A DNA stretch of 64,000 nucleotides from Acidimicrobiia bacterium (GCA_038236695.1 JBBRZM010000001.1:14177-78176); one strand, 5' to 3'; positions 1 to 9,894 are shown, numbered from the stretch's first letter. Translations and numbers: made by a program. Notes: a model not told the origin generated them from the sequence alone.

Positions 1-1421
1 CCGACTACATCCGGCGCATGATGGCGCAAGTCGAAGGGATGTCGCTTCCCGCGCTCGAGCACGGCGTCAAGTGGAACTGGGAAACCTTCGCCGAGTATCT
101 GGAGCAGCTCGAGGGCAATGTCGGCGTCAACGCCGGGTTCATGGTCGGCCACTGTGCGGTGCGCCGTTATGTGATGGGCAAAAACGCTGTCGGGAACGAA
201 GCCACGCCGCAACAGGTCGACGACATGGTGCAGGTGCTGCACGACTCGATCGACGCCGGCGGTCTCGGCTTCTCGACCACGCTCGCGTACACGCATTCGG
301 ATGGCGACGGTCAGCCGGTTCCGTCGCGGTGGGCGTCGCACGACGAGGTGCTCGCCTTGTGCGCGGCCGTGAAGGAGCACGAGGGCACGACCCTCGAGGG
401 CATCATCGACGGCTGCCTCGACAAGTTCTCCGACGACGAGATCGACCTGTTCGTCGCGATGTCGGTTGCAGCGCGCCGTCCGCTCAATTGGAACGTCCTC
501 ACCGTCGACTCGCGCGTGCCTGATCGAGTGACTCGCCAGCTCGAGGCGTCGACCCGAGCCGAGGCGTCGGGCGGTCGGATCGTGGCGCTGACGATGCCCG
601 TCCTCGTGCCGATGAACATGAGCTTCCTCACCTACTGCGCGCTGTTCATGATGCCGGGATGGAAGGACGTGCTCAGCCTCCCGGTGCCCGAGCGCATGGC
701 GAAGCTGCGGGATCCCGAGACGCGCACCTGGATGAACGACCGGGCGCACTCTGAGGAGGCCGGGGTGTTCCGCCGGCTCGCCGACTGGAAGAACTACGTC
801 ATCGGCGACACGTACTCAGCCGCGAACGATGGGCTGAAGGGCCGCACGGTGGCCGACGTCGCAGCGGAGCGGGGGACCGAGCCGTTCGACACGTTGCTCG
901 AGATCGTGCTCAGCGACGACCTGCGCACGATCCTGTGGCCGATCGCGCCCGACGGCGACGCCGCGTCGTGGGAGCTGCGCCAGCAGGTGTGGAACGATCC
1001 CCGCGCGATGCTCGGCGGCTCCGACGCGGGCGCGCATCTCGACCGCATGTGCGGCGCCCCGTACACGACACGATTCATCGGCGACATGATCCGCGGTCGC
1101 AAGCTCGTGCCGCTCGAGCGGGCGGTGCAAATGATCACCGACACGCCCGCGCAGCTGTTCGGCTTGCGGGAGCGGGGCCGGATCGCCGAGGGCTTCCATG
1201 CCGACATCGTGGTGTTCGACCCGGAGACCATCGGCGCCGAGCACGCCGCTCTCGTGCACGATCTGCCCGGCGGCAGCGCGCGCCTCACGGCCGGTTCGCA
1301 CGGGATCGTGCGTGTCCTCGTCAACGGCGTCGAAACGGTCGTCGACGGCACGCCCACGGGCGCGCTGCCCGGCACGGTGCTGCGCTCCGGCCGCGACACC
1401 GCAAGCGTCGTCACCGGCTGA
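1..1421 (+). CDS. D-aminoacylase / N-acyl-D-amino-acid deacylase family amidohydrolase, 5' end outside window
   Basis: ORF 18..1421 is open to the window edge. It shows the C-terminal amidohydrolase region with GGSDAGAHLDRMCG and HADIVVFDP motifs typical of D-aminoacylases. Confidence 0.7.
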   Translation, partial: DYIRRMMAQVEGMSLPALEHGVKWNWETFAEYLEQLEGNVGVNAGFMVGHCAVRRYVMGKNAVGNEATPQQVDDMVQVLHDSIDAGGLGFSTTLAYTHSDGDGQPVPSRWASHDEVLALCAAVKEHEGTTLEGIIDGCLDKFSDDEIDLFVAMSVAARRPLNWNVLTVDSRVPDRVTRQLEASTRAEASGGRIVALTMPVLVPMNMSFLTYCALFMMPGWKDVLSLPVPERMAKLRDPETRTWMNDRAHSEEAGVFRRLADWKNYVIGDTYSAANDGLKGRTVADVAAERGTEPFDTLLEIVLSDDLRTILWPIAPDGDAASWELRQQVWNDPRAMLGGSDAGAHLDRMCGAPYTTRFIGDMIRGRKLVPLERAVQMITDTPAQLFGLRERGRIAEGFHADIVVFDPETIGAEHAALVHDLPGGSARLTAGSHGIVRVLVNGVETVVDGTPTGALPGTVLRSGRDTASVVTG

Positions 1422-1705
1422 CCCCACCCCCGGGTTCGTTCTTGGGTCAGCAACCGGGATGTCACCCCGATGACGCAAGAACGATGCGAGCGTGTGGGTG
1501 AGACGCGAACAAGGGGGACCAGTCAGCCCGGAGCCTGGGTGGCGCAGCCCTTACGGGCGCTGCCACCGACGGCCCGAACTCACCGGTCCCCCGCTCTTCG
1601 CCAGCCGCTGAGACCCTGCAAGCAGGGTCTTCCCCCCGTTGGCCGGCGATGAGGCTGTGTGCCCACGCAGTGTGACCCACGACACACCGCGGCGCAAGGC
1701 CTGGG

Positions 1706-2797
1706 TCAGTCGGGGAGCACCACGAGGTCGTCGCGATGGATGACCTCGTGGGATACACCATCGCCGAGCTCGCTCGTGCGGCGCCCGGCGACTGCCCGCA
1801 GGCCCTCCGCCGAGTAGCGGACCAGGCCCTTGGCGAACGCCCGGCCATCGTCGCCGACCACCTCGACGGGCTGGTCGGCCGCGAAATGGCCGTCGACCTC
1901 CAGCACACCGGCAGGAAGCAGCGATCGGCCGTCGTGGCGCAGGGCACGCTGGGCGCCGGCGTCGACCACCACCCGTCCCGCGGCGCCTTGGGCGAAGGCG
2001 ATCCACAGCTTTCGACTCGGCAGCCGCTCGGCCCGAGGGCGGATCGACGTGCCGACCGGCCGGCCGTCGAGCGCGCCGACGATGACCCCCGGCATGTCGG
2101 CGCCGGCGATCACCGCGCGAACGCCCGACCACGCCGCGATCTTCGCCGCGGCCAGCTTGCTCGCCATGCCGCCACTCCCCCGCGCGCTGCCCGCCGCACC
2201 GGCAACCGACTCGAGCGCAGCGTCGACCTCCACGATCTCCTCGATGAGCGACGCTTCGGCATCGAGGCGGGGATCCGCAGTGAACAGTCCGGGCGTATCG
2301 GTCAGCAACACCAGCAGGTCGGCGGTCACGAGATGCGCGACGAGCGCTGCGAGCCGGTCGTTGTCGCCATAGCGGATCTCGTCGTCGGCGACGGTGTCGT
2401 TTTCGTTGACGATCGGCACGACGCCGAGATCGAGCAGCCGCCCGAGCGTCTCCCGTGCGTGCAGATACTGCGAGCGTTGCGAGAAGTCGTGCGGCGTGAG
2501 CAGCACCTGGCCGGCGACCAGGTCGTGACCCGCCAGAATCGCGCCCATGCGCTCCATGAGCCGCGGCTGGCCAACCGCGGCGATCGCCTGGAGCATCCCG
2601 AGGTTCGCGGGACGGGCGGTGAGCCCGAGGGCGGGGAGGCCGGCCGCAATGGCGCCCGAGCACACCAGGACGATCTGGTGGCCTTCGCTTCGGGCCTCGG
2701 CAACGTCGCTACAGAGCTTCACGAGCGCGGCTTCGTCGAGCTCGCCCGATTCGGCGGTGATCGACGAGGTGCCGACCTTGACGACGGCGACGCTCAC
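1706..2797 (-). CDS. proB: glutamate 5-kinase
   Basis: 363 aa. Amino-acid kinase domain (VVKVGTSSIT, VLVCSGAIAAG) plus a C-terminal PUA domain. The GTG start overlaps the obg stop (GTGA). Confidence 0.9.
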   Translation of the reverse strand: MSVAVVKVGTSSITAESGELDEAALVKLCSDVAEARSEGHQIVLVCSGAIAAGLPALGLTARPANLGMLQAIAAVGQPRLMERMGAILAGHDLVAGQVLLTPHDFSQRSQYLHARETLGRLLDLGVVPIVNENDTVADDEIRYGDNDRLAALVAHLVTADLLVLLTDTPGLFTADPRLDAEASLIEEIVEVDAALESVAGAAGSARGSGGMASKLAAAKIAAWSGVRAVIAGADMPGVIVGALDGRPVGTSIRPRAERLPSRKLWIAFAQGAAGRVVVDAGAQRALRHDGRSLLPAGVLEVDGHFAADQPVEVVGDDGRAFAKGLVRYSAEGLRAVAGRRTSELGDGVSHEVIHRDDLVVLPD

Positions 2798-4029
2798 GAG
2801 AAGCCCTCGACGAACTCCAGCTCGACTGGCCCGATTCGCACCGTGTCACCTTCGCGCGCACCGGCCCGGCTGAGCGCCCGTTCGACGCCCATCTTCCGAA
2901 ATCGGTCCTGAACGTACGCGATCGCCTCGGTGTTGGTGAGGTCGGCCATCGCGACCACACGCTCGGCCGCTCGGCCGCTCACCCGCCACGTGCCGTCGTC
3001 ATCGCGGTGCACGGAGAAGCCCTCCTCGAGCGGGCGGAGCACCACGAAGCCCTCGGCCTCGGGCTCCGCCGCCCGCGCCTCCTCGACCAGCGTGGCGAGC
3101 GCGCCGAGGAACGGGTCGAGCCCCAGATGCGTGACCGCCGAGATCTGCATCCCGTCGTACGGAACCGTCGCGACATCGGCCTTGCTGCCGACGACCAGCC
3201 GCGGCCGTCCCAGCAGCTCCGGGCGGTACCGACCGAGCTCGTCGAGCAGGACACGTTCCTGCTGTTGCGGACTGTGCTCCTCGACGCTCGCGAGGTCGAG
3301 CAACAACACAAGCACACGCGCCCGCTCGACATGGCGGAGGAAACGGTGACCGAGACCGCGGCCGTCGGCCGCACCCTCGATCAGGCCGGGGATGTCAGCG
3401 AGCACGAACTCGTGTTCACCGAAGCGCACCACGCCGAGATTGGGCACCAGCGTCGTGAACGGATAGTCGGCGATCTTCGGACGCGCCGCGCTCACTGCCG
3501 CGATCAGCGTCGACTTCCCGGCGTTGGGGAAACCGACGAGGGCGGCGTCAGCCATGAGCTTGAGCTCGAGCCGTAGCCAGTGCTCCTCGCCGTACTCACC
3601 CTGCTCCGCGAAGCCCGGCGCTCGCCGTGCGTTGGAAAGAAAGCGAGCGTTGCCGCGCCCACCCCGTCCACCGCGTGCCGCGAGATAGCGGTCGCTGTGA
3701 CGCACGAGGTCGGCAAGCAGTTCGCCGCCGCGGCTGTAGACGACGGTGCCTTCGGGTACCGGCACGGTCAGATCCGCGCCCGCCGAGCCGTGACGTTGGT
3801 TGCCCGAGCCGTGCGCGCCCGACTTCGCGCGCCGATGTGGATGGTCGCGAAACGCGAGCAACGACGCGGCGTTGCGATCTGCTTGCAACCACACGTCGCC
3901 ACCTTTTCCACCGTCGCCGCCGTCGGGACCGCCCTTGGGCACGTGGGCTTCGCGCCGGAACGAGATCGCGCCCGCGCCGCCATGACCCCCCCGGGCATTG
4001 AGCTGAACCTCGTCGACGAACTGGGACAC
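2794..4029 (-). CDS. obg: GTPase Obg/CgtA
   Basis: Gly-rich Obg fold (GGHGGAGAISFRRE..GGPDGGDGGKGGDV), G1 GFPNAGKST and G3 DIPGLIEGA. Start placed at GTG 4029 (SQFVDEV); the ORF stays open to 4101, so the start is uncertain. Confidence 0.9.
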   Translation of the reverse strand: MSQFVDEVQLNARGGHGGAGAISFRREAHVPKGGPDGGDGGKGGDVWLQADRNAASLLAFRDHPHRRAKSGAHGSGNQRHGSAGADLTVPVPEGTVVYSRGGELLADLVRHSDRYLAARGGRGGRGNARFLSNARRAPGFAEQGEYGEEHWLRLELKLMADAALVGFPNAGKSTLIAAVSAARPKIADYPFTTLVPNLGVVRFGEHEFVLADIPGLIEGAADGRGLGHRFLRHVERARVLVLLLDLASVEEHSPQQQERVLLDELGRYRPELLGRPRLVVGSKADVATVPYDGMQISAVTHLGLDPFLGALATLVEEARAAEPEAEGFVVLRPLEEGFSVHRDDDGTWRVSGRAAERVVAMADLTNTEAIAYVQDRFRKMGVERALSRAGAREGDTVRIGPVELEFVEGFS

Positions 4030-4112
4030 GCTGTAAGGATACGGAGCGAACGCACCCGCGCTTTGGCCCAAATCTGGAGGGGTGGCACGATCCGGCCGCA
4101 CACTCTTGGGCG

Positions 4113-4485
4113 ATGGTAAAGACAGGGACCGTCACGGTGCTCTTCACCGACCGTCGGATCGACCGAGATCGCCTCACAACTTGGCGCGGAAGCGGCCGAT
4201 GACCTGCGTCACAAGCACGACGCGCTGCTGCGCGACGCGATCGCGGGACACGGAGACAACGAGGTGAAACATCTCGGCGACGGACTCATGGCGGTGTTCT
4301 CCGGCGCGGCAGATGCCGTGGGGTGCGCGAGCCTCGTGGAAAGCGGCCTGATCCACGAGCACGACGGTCGGTGGGTCTCGGCCGTCGCCATCGACCTGCT
4401 CGAAGCGGCGCGCGGCACTGCCGACGAGATCCAGATGGACTGGCTGGCCCGGGAAGCGGCCGAGCTGCTCGCTCACCCGACGTAA
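4113..4485 (+). pseudogene. frameshifted N-terminal remnant of a class III adenylate/guanylate cyclase-domain protein
   Basis: ATG 4113 gives MVKTGTVTVLFTD. The reading then continues in the +1 frame from about 4153 as VGSTEIASQLGAEAADDLRHKHDALLRDAIAGHGDNEVKHLGDGLMAVFSGAADAVGCA. The second half of a cyclase domain is absent. Total length is 373 nt, not a multiple of 3. Confidence 0.45.
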
Positions 4486-4495
4486 ACAGCGACGC

Positions 4496-4747
4496 TCAGG
4501 CAGGTACGACGTCGACGAGCTTGCGGCCCCGGCGATGACCGAACTGCACGACACCATCGGCTTTCGCGAACAACGTGTCGTCGCTGCCGAGACCGACGTT
4601 GTCGCCGGGATGGAACTGCGTGCCGCGCTGGCGGACGATGATCGCGCCGGCACGCACCTCGGTACCGCTGGAGACCTTCACGCCGAGCCGTTGCGCGGAC
4701 GAGTCGCGTCCGTTGCGTGAGGACGCGGCGCCCTTCTTCTTCGACAT
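4496..4747 (-). CDS. rpmA: 50S ribosomal protein L27
   Basis: 83 aa: [31 protein letters not shown]. The start overlaps the rplU stop by 1 nt (TGATG). Confidence 0.95.
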   Translation of the reverse strand: MSKKKGAASSRNGRDSSAQRLGVKVSSGTEVRAGAIIVRQRGTQFHPGDNVGLGSDDTLFAKADGVVQFGHRRGRKLVDVVPA

Positions 4748-5139
4748 CAGCCGTCACCTTTCTCAGCGGGCTCAACGGGCTTCGCGGTGGTCGCATCCGC
4801 AGGTGCGGACGACTTCTTCGCGGCCCGGGCCTTCTTCGGCCCGGCCGAGATCCCGGTGATCTCGATGAGCGAGTAGTGCTGACGGTGACCCCACCGCTTC
4901 CGCTGGTTGCTCTTGTTCTTGTACTTGAAGCCGGTGATCTTCGGCCCCTTCGCGTCGCCGACAACCTTGGCCTTCACGGAGACCGCGCTGAGCTCGGCCG
5001 GCGTCGCGAGCACCTTCGCGCCGTCGACGACCAGAACCGGCGTGAGCGTGAGGTCGCCGGCCCCGACGCGCTCGACCTCGAGCTGCTGGCCTTCTTCGAC
5101 CCGATACTGCTTGCCGCCGCTGCGGATGACCGCGTACAT
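4747..5139 (-). CDS. rplU: 50S ribosomal protein L21
   Basis: [17 protein letters not shown]... begins at ATG 5139, preceded by an AGGAG Shine-Dalgarno. The longer ORF (to 5241) is an upstream extension. Confidence 0.95.
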   Translation of the reverse strand: MYAVIRSGGKQYRVEEGQQLEVERVGAGDLTLTPVLVVDGAKVLATPAELSAVSVKAKVVGDAKGPKITGFKYKNKSNQRKRWGHRQHYSLIEITGISAGPKKARAAKKSSAPADATTAKPVEPAEKGDG

Positions 5140-5209
5140 GACTCCTACTGACACGTCGTCGTACCAACGCGCATGACGCGCACGGAACGACCCGGGGAAC
5201 CCGGGCAGC

Positions 5210-7132
5210 TTACTCGACGTCCTCGAACATGGATTGGTCAAGCCGGAAGCCTCGGCCCTGGCACGTGGGGCAGCTCTCGCTGAACGACTCGACCAGCCCC
5301 TCGGAGATGCGTTTGCGGGTCATCTCCACGAGCCCCAACTCGGAGATGTCGAAGACCTGGGTGCGCGTCTTGTCGCGAGCGAGCGCGTCCTTGAACGCCT
5401 GCAGCACCTGGTCGCGGTTCTGGCGGATCTCCATGTCGATGAAGTCGATGACGATGATGCCACCGACATCGCGCAGCCGGAGCTGGCGGGCGATCTCGTC
5501 GGCGGCCTCGAGGTTGTTGCGGAACACCGTTTCCTCGAGGTTGGACTTCCCGACGTTCTTGCCCGTGTTGACGTCGATCACGGTGAGGGCTTCCGTGCGC
5601 TCGATGATGAGCGAGCCACCCGACGGCAGCCAGACCTTGCGGTCGAGCGCCTTGTGCAGCTGCTCGTGCACATGGAAGCGCTCGTAGAGCGGTAGCTGCT
5701 CCTCGACGACGTCGTGGAACTCGATCCGGTCGGCGAGCTCAGGCGCGATCGCGTCGACGTACGACTTCACCTGCTCGTAGAGCTCGCGGTCGTCGATCAC
5801 GACGGCGCGGTACTCCTTCGTGAACTCCTCCCGGATCACGCGCACGACCATCGGTGGCTCCTGGTAGAGCAGCTTCGCGGCCTTCGAGCTCGCGGCCAGC
5901 GCCGAGATCTGCTCCCACTGCGCCTGGAGACGTTTGACGTCGCGCTCGAGCTCGTCGGGTGTCGCACCCTCGGCTGCCGTACGCACGATGAGTCCGGCAT
6001 CCGGTGGACGCAGCCCTTCGAGCAAGCGACGTAACCGCTTCCGTTCCTCGTCGGGCAAGCGCTTCGAGATGCCGTAGGTGTCGGGCTGGCCGGGAACCAT
6101 CACGACGAACCGGCCAGCGAGGCTCACCTCCTGCGTGAGTCGCGCGCCCTTGGCGCCAATCGGGTTCTTCGTGACCTGCACCACGATCATCTGCCCGTTC
6201 TTGAGCATGGTCTCGATCTTGGGCTGACTCTCCTCGACGTCGGCCTTGTCGAACGCGACGTCGCCGCGGTACAGCACACCGTTCTTCGGCGTGCCGATGT
6301 CGATGAACGCAGCCTCCATGCCGGGCAGCACGTTCTGCACCTTGCCGAGGTAGATGTTGCCGTCGATCGACGTGGTCGCATCACTCGGCGAGCTCACGGA
6401 ATGCTCGACCAGGCTGCGGCCCTCGAGGATGGCGATGTGGGTGGTGCCGTTGGGCCGCACGTGCACACACATCGTGTACCGACCCGTGGGAAGGCCCTTG
6501 CGGGTGCGCCCGCGCCGGCGTTCCAGGGCCTCGTCGTCGAGGTCATCGAGTGACGTGCGACCGGCGTCGTCGAAACCGAGGTCGGCGCGCACCACCTCGG
6601 AGGACTGGGCCCGCGTGCTGGCACCGTTGCCACCGCGGCTCCGGCCGCGCCCACCACGGCGCCGGCGACGGCTCTTGGTCGCGCCGTCGCCGCCTTCGCC
6701 TGACGGCTGCACCGCCGGAGCGGGGCGCCTGTCGCCGATCTTGGGTTTCGACGCGCCACCGTCGACTTTCGGACTCGCCGACGTGGAGAGCCCGGCCTCG
6801 TCCTTCGCGTCGGCGGCCACATCGTCGCTGGTCAGGCCCCGGTCGGCCGCCTCGTCGCCATCCTCACCCTTGGCGTCGCGCCGGGCGCCGCCGCCAGTGC
6901 CGGCGGTTGCGGCGGACTTGTTGCGGTTGCGGCCGCCGCGCGACCCGCGTCGACGCCGCTTTCGCGGCGCGCCACTTGCGTCGCCGCGCGCTTCGGGAGT
7001 ACGGCTCGTGGTGGCGCCTTCAGCCGATCGGCCGGCGTCGGCCGGCGTCGGTGATGTGGTCTCGCCGGATGCGTCGAGACCAGTGGCAGGCTCGGGGGCC
7101 GTCGGGGCCGCCGGCATTGTGTCGTCGGACAT
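5210..7132 (-). CDS. rne: ribonuclease E/G family endoribonuclease
   Basis: S1 domain (GNIYLGKVQNVLPGMEAAFIDIG), catalytic core (VIDVNTGK) and Zn-link CPTCQGRG. The N-terminal ~230 aa are Arg/Gly/Asp-rich and disordered. An AAGGA Shine-Dalgarno lies 5 nt upstream of the ATG. Confidence 0.85.
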   Translation of the reverse strand: MSDDTMPAAPTAPEPATGLDASGETTSPTPADAGRSAEGATTSRTPEARGDASGAPRKRRRRGSRGGRNRNKSAATAGTGGGARRDAKGEDGDEAADRGLTSDDVAADAKDEAGLSTSASPKVDGGASKPKIGDRRPAPAVQPSGEGGDGATKSRRRRRGGRGRSRGGNGASTRAQSSEVVRADLGFDDAGRTSLDDLDDEALERRRGRTRKGLPTGRYTMCVHVRPNGTTHIAILEGRSLVEHSVSSPSDATTSIDGNIYLGKVQNVLPGMEAAFIDIGTPKNGVLYRGDVAFDKADVEESQPKIETMLKNGQMIVVQVTKNPIGAKGARLTQEVSLAGRFVVMVPGQPDTYGISKRLPDEERKRLRRLLEGLRPPDAGLIVRTAAEGATPDELERDVKRLQAQWEQISALAASSKAAKLLYQEPPMVVRVIREEFTKEYRAVVIDDRELYEQVKSYVDAIAPELADRIEFHDVVEEQLPLYERFHVHEQLHKALDRKVWLPSGGSLIIERTEALTVIDVNTGKNVGKSNLEETVFRNNLEAADEIARQLRLRDVGGIIVIDFIDMEIRQNRDQVLQAFKDALARDKTRTQVFDISELGLVEMTRKRISEGLVESFSESCPTCQGRGFRLDQSMFEDVE

Positions 7133-7144
7133 CGAATCCTTCTC

Positions 7145-7909
7145 TCATGACGCGCGCACGTCGTGAAGCGCACGTTCGTCTGCCCCGATGGGAGCTGACG
7201 AACGGGTATCGGCTTCGAGCGGCTCAAGCCGCGCGCCGTCGCGTTCGATCCATTGGTGGGTTCGTAGCACTCGCCACTCGACAAGCTGACCGTTACCGAT
7301 CGCGTGCAGTACCTCACTGGGACGGGTGCCACGTGGTTGCGTGGAGACTTCGAGGTCGAGGAGCACGCCGGCCGCATCGCGTCCGCACACGGTGAGGCGG
7401 CGCAACGTCGGGCGGATGTCCTCGACGACCTCTCGGCCCTTGCGGGTGCGCGCCGTCTCCAGTGACGCGCGGGCCATCGCGGCCTCGACCAAAGTCGAGA
7501 CGTCAGATTCGGTGATCGAGCGGTCGGCGGCGCCAACCGTTTCGACCCGGTAGGTGACCGCGGTGATCGCCTCTTGCAGCGCGGGCGCACGTTCGTGCAG
7601 CGCGGCGACGCCGGTCACCTCGATGCCTTCCGGCAGCGCGGCGGACAGCGACGATGGGAGTCGATCGGGCTCGACCGCATCCGCAAGCTCGAAGTCGAGG
7701 TATTCAGCGTCGCTCTCGTGACCCACCGATAACGCGAGCCCGAAGCTCACTTTCGGCCGGGGCGAGAATCCCAGCGTGAACGCGAGCGGGAGCTGCTCGA
7801 TGCGAAATGCACGCTCGAACGCGCGGGCGACGTCGCGGTGCCCGATGAACCGCACTTTGCCGCGCTTCGTGAAGCGCAACCTGACCGGGAAGCCGGTGTC
7901 GCCGCGCAT
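7145..7909 (-). CDS. radical-SAM-linked protein (TIGR03936 / DUF2344 type)
   Basis: MRGDTGFPVRLRFTKRGKVRFIGHRDVARAFERAFR... ATG 7909 overlaps the stop of the upstream radical SAM gene (ATGA). The ORF-track extension to 8167 is antisense-free overprinting. Confidence 0.75.
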   Translation of the reverse strand: MRGDTGFPVRLRFTKRGKVRFIGHRDVARAFERAFRIEQLPLAFTLGFSPRPKVSFGLALSVGHESDAEYLDFELADAVEPDRLPSSLSAALPEGIEVTGVAALHERAPALQEAITAVTYRVETVGAADRSITESDVSTLVEAAMARASLETARTRKGREVVEDIRPTLRRLTVCGRDAAGVLLDLEVSTQPRGTRPSEVLHAIGNGQLVEWRVLRTHQWIERDGARLEPLEADTRSSAPIGADERALHDVRAS

Positions 7910-9855
7910 CAGGACGCCACCCCGACCCTGGTCGGCAGCAGCCGCACCGGTACGTCGCCACCGGAGGACAGGTCTTGTCCGGTGCCCTGACTTCCGCCTG
8001 CCGGCGCGAGCGCGGACGCGACGACATGCTCGAGGGCGTAGTCGGTGCACACGCCACAGTCGTAGCAGGGCGTCCAGCGACAGTCGGGGAGGCCGTGCTC
8101 GGCCAGTGCCTCTTGCCAGTCGTGCCAGAGAAAGTCGCGGTGCAGCCCGGCCGCGATGTGATCCCACGGGAGAATCTCGTCAGCGGTGCGGTGCCGCGTG
8201 ACGTACCAGTCGGGGTCGAGGCCCTCGGCCGCCATCGCATCGAGCCACCGTGCGAGCTCGAAGCGTTCGCTCCATTCCTGGAACGTGCCGCCGCCGCGCC
8301 AGACCCGCTCGATCACGCGCCCGATCCGCCGGTCACCTCGACTGACGATGCCCTCGGCGAACGTCGCTTCGGGATCGTGCCACTTGATGTTGGCGCCGGT
8401 CTTGCGCAGCGCGTCGCGCAGCATCGAGACCTTGCGGGCCAGCTCCGGCACGCCGTTCTGGCCGAACCACTGGAACGGCGTGTGCGCCTTGGGTACGAAG
8501 CCGCCGACCGACGCGGTGCAACTCGCTTGCTTGGTGTGCTTGCGCCCGACGGCGACGACATTCTTGGCCAGCTCCGCGATGCCGAGCGTGTCGGCGTCCA
8601 TCTCGGTGGGCAGCCCGATCATGAAGTAGAGCTTCACCCGGCGCCATCCCTGGGAGTACGCGCCATCGACCGCCGCGTAGAGATCTTCCTCGGTGATCAT
8701 TTTGTTGATGACCTGGCGCATGCGCCAGGTGCCGGCCTCGGGCGCGAACGTGAGCCCGGTCCGGCGCACCTTCTGGATCTCGCTCGCGAGGCCCACCGTG
8801 AACGCGTCGACGCGCAGCGATGGGAGCGACAGGCTGACCTTGCCGCAACCCTCCTGGTCGTTGACGAGCCCGGCGACGAGGCCGTCGATGCCGGAGAAGT
8901 CGGCGCTCGACAGCGACGTCAGCGCGACTTCGTCGTAGCCGGTGCGGCGCAGGCCGTCGAGCACCATCGTGCGCGCCTGCTCTTCGGGCCGCTCCCGCAC
9001 CGGACGCGTGATCATGCCGGCCTGGCAGAACCGACACCCGCGCGTGCAGCCGCGGAAGATCTCGACGTTGAGCCGGTCGTGTACCACTTCGATCAGCGGC
9101 ACGAGCTGCTGCTTGGGGTACGGCCACTCGGCCAGGTCGGCGACCGTGCGCTTGTCGACACTCGCCGGCACGTCGTCGAACCGGGACCGCACCTCGGCGA
9201 TGAACGCGCCGTCATACGTGATGTCGTACATCGACGGTACGTAGACACCCGGCACGGTCGCCAACTCGTGCAGCAGGCCCTCGCGACTGGAGCGCCCGGC
9301 GCGTTTCCACCGGCCGATGACCTCGTTGATCTCGCCGACGGGCTCTTCGCCGTCGCCGATCACGAACGCGTCGACGAAGTCAGCCAGGGGTTCGGGGTTG
9401 AACGTGCAATGGCCCCCCGCGACCACGATCGGGTGCTCGGTGCCGCGATCCTCGCCCCGTACCGGCACGTTGGCGAGGTCGAGGCAGTTGAGCAGATTGG
9501 TCGACACCAGCTCGGCCGAGACGTTGAACGCCAGCACGTCGAACTGACCGCCGTCGCGGTGGCTATCGACGGAGAAGAGCGGCACCGACGCGGCCCGCAT
9601 CTCGGCCTCCATGTCGATCCAGGGCGCGTAGGAGCGCTCGGCGACGGCGTCGTCGCGCTCGTTGAGGATCTCGTAAAGGATCTGGAGCCCCTGGTTGGGT
9701 AGCCCGATCTCGTAAGTGTCGGGGTAGATGAGCAGCCAAGCGACGGATTCCGGCCGGTGCGCCGGCCTGACGCTGCCTCGTTCCATCCCGATGTAGCGAG
9801 CGGGCTTTTCGACCCTGGCCAGGAGCGGTTCGACCGCGGGCCAAAGGTTGGACAT
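7909..9855 (-). CDS. B12-binding-domain radical SAM protein (TIGR03960 type)
   Basis: 648 aa. CX3CX2C cluster motif in FRGCTRGCRFCQAG. N-terminal region YIGMERGS..IYPDTYEIGLPNQGLQILY is typical of this family. Confidence 0.8.
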   Translation of the reverse strand: MSNLWPAVEPLLARVEKPARYIGMERGSVRPAHRPESVAWLLIYPDTYEIGLPNQGLQILYEILNERDDAVAERSYAPWIDMEAEMRAASVPLFSVDSHRDGGQFDVLAFNVSAELVSTNLLNCLDLANVPVRGEDRGTEHPIVVAGGHCTFNPEPLADFVDAFVIGDGEEPVGEINEVIGRWKRAGRSSREGLLHELATVPGVYVPSMYDITYDGAFIAEVRSRFDDVPASVDKRTVADLAEWPYPKQQLVPLIEVVHDRLNVEIFRGCTRGCRFCQAGMITRPVRERPEEQARTMVLDGLRRTGYDEVALTSLSSADFSGIDGLVAGLVNDQEGCGKVSLSLPSLRVDAFTVGLASEIQKVRRTGLTFAPEAGTWRMRQVINKMITEEDLYAAVDGAYSQGWRRVKLYFMIGLPTEMDADTLGIAELAKNVVAVGRKHTKQASCTASVGGFVPKAHTPFQWFGQNGVPELARKVSMLRDALRKTGANIKWHDPEATFAEGIVSRGDRRIGRVIERVWRGGGTFQEWSERFELARWLDAMAAEGLDPDWYVTRHRTADEILPWDHIAAGLHRDFLWHDWQEALAEHGLPDCRWTPCYDCGVCTDYALEHVVASALAPAGGSQGTGQDLSSGGDVPVRLLPTRVGVAS

Positions 9856-9894
9856 CTGGTTCTCCAGCCTAGCCGAGGGCCCGGCGACGGGGAT

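Noticed and set aside
7975-9702. 575-aa plus-strand ORF
   Set aside because: It is antisense to the radical SAM gene, which carries the CX3CX2C motif. It is a shadow ORF.
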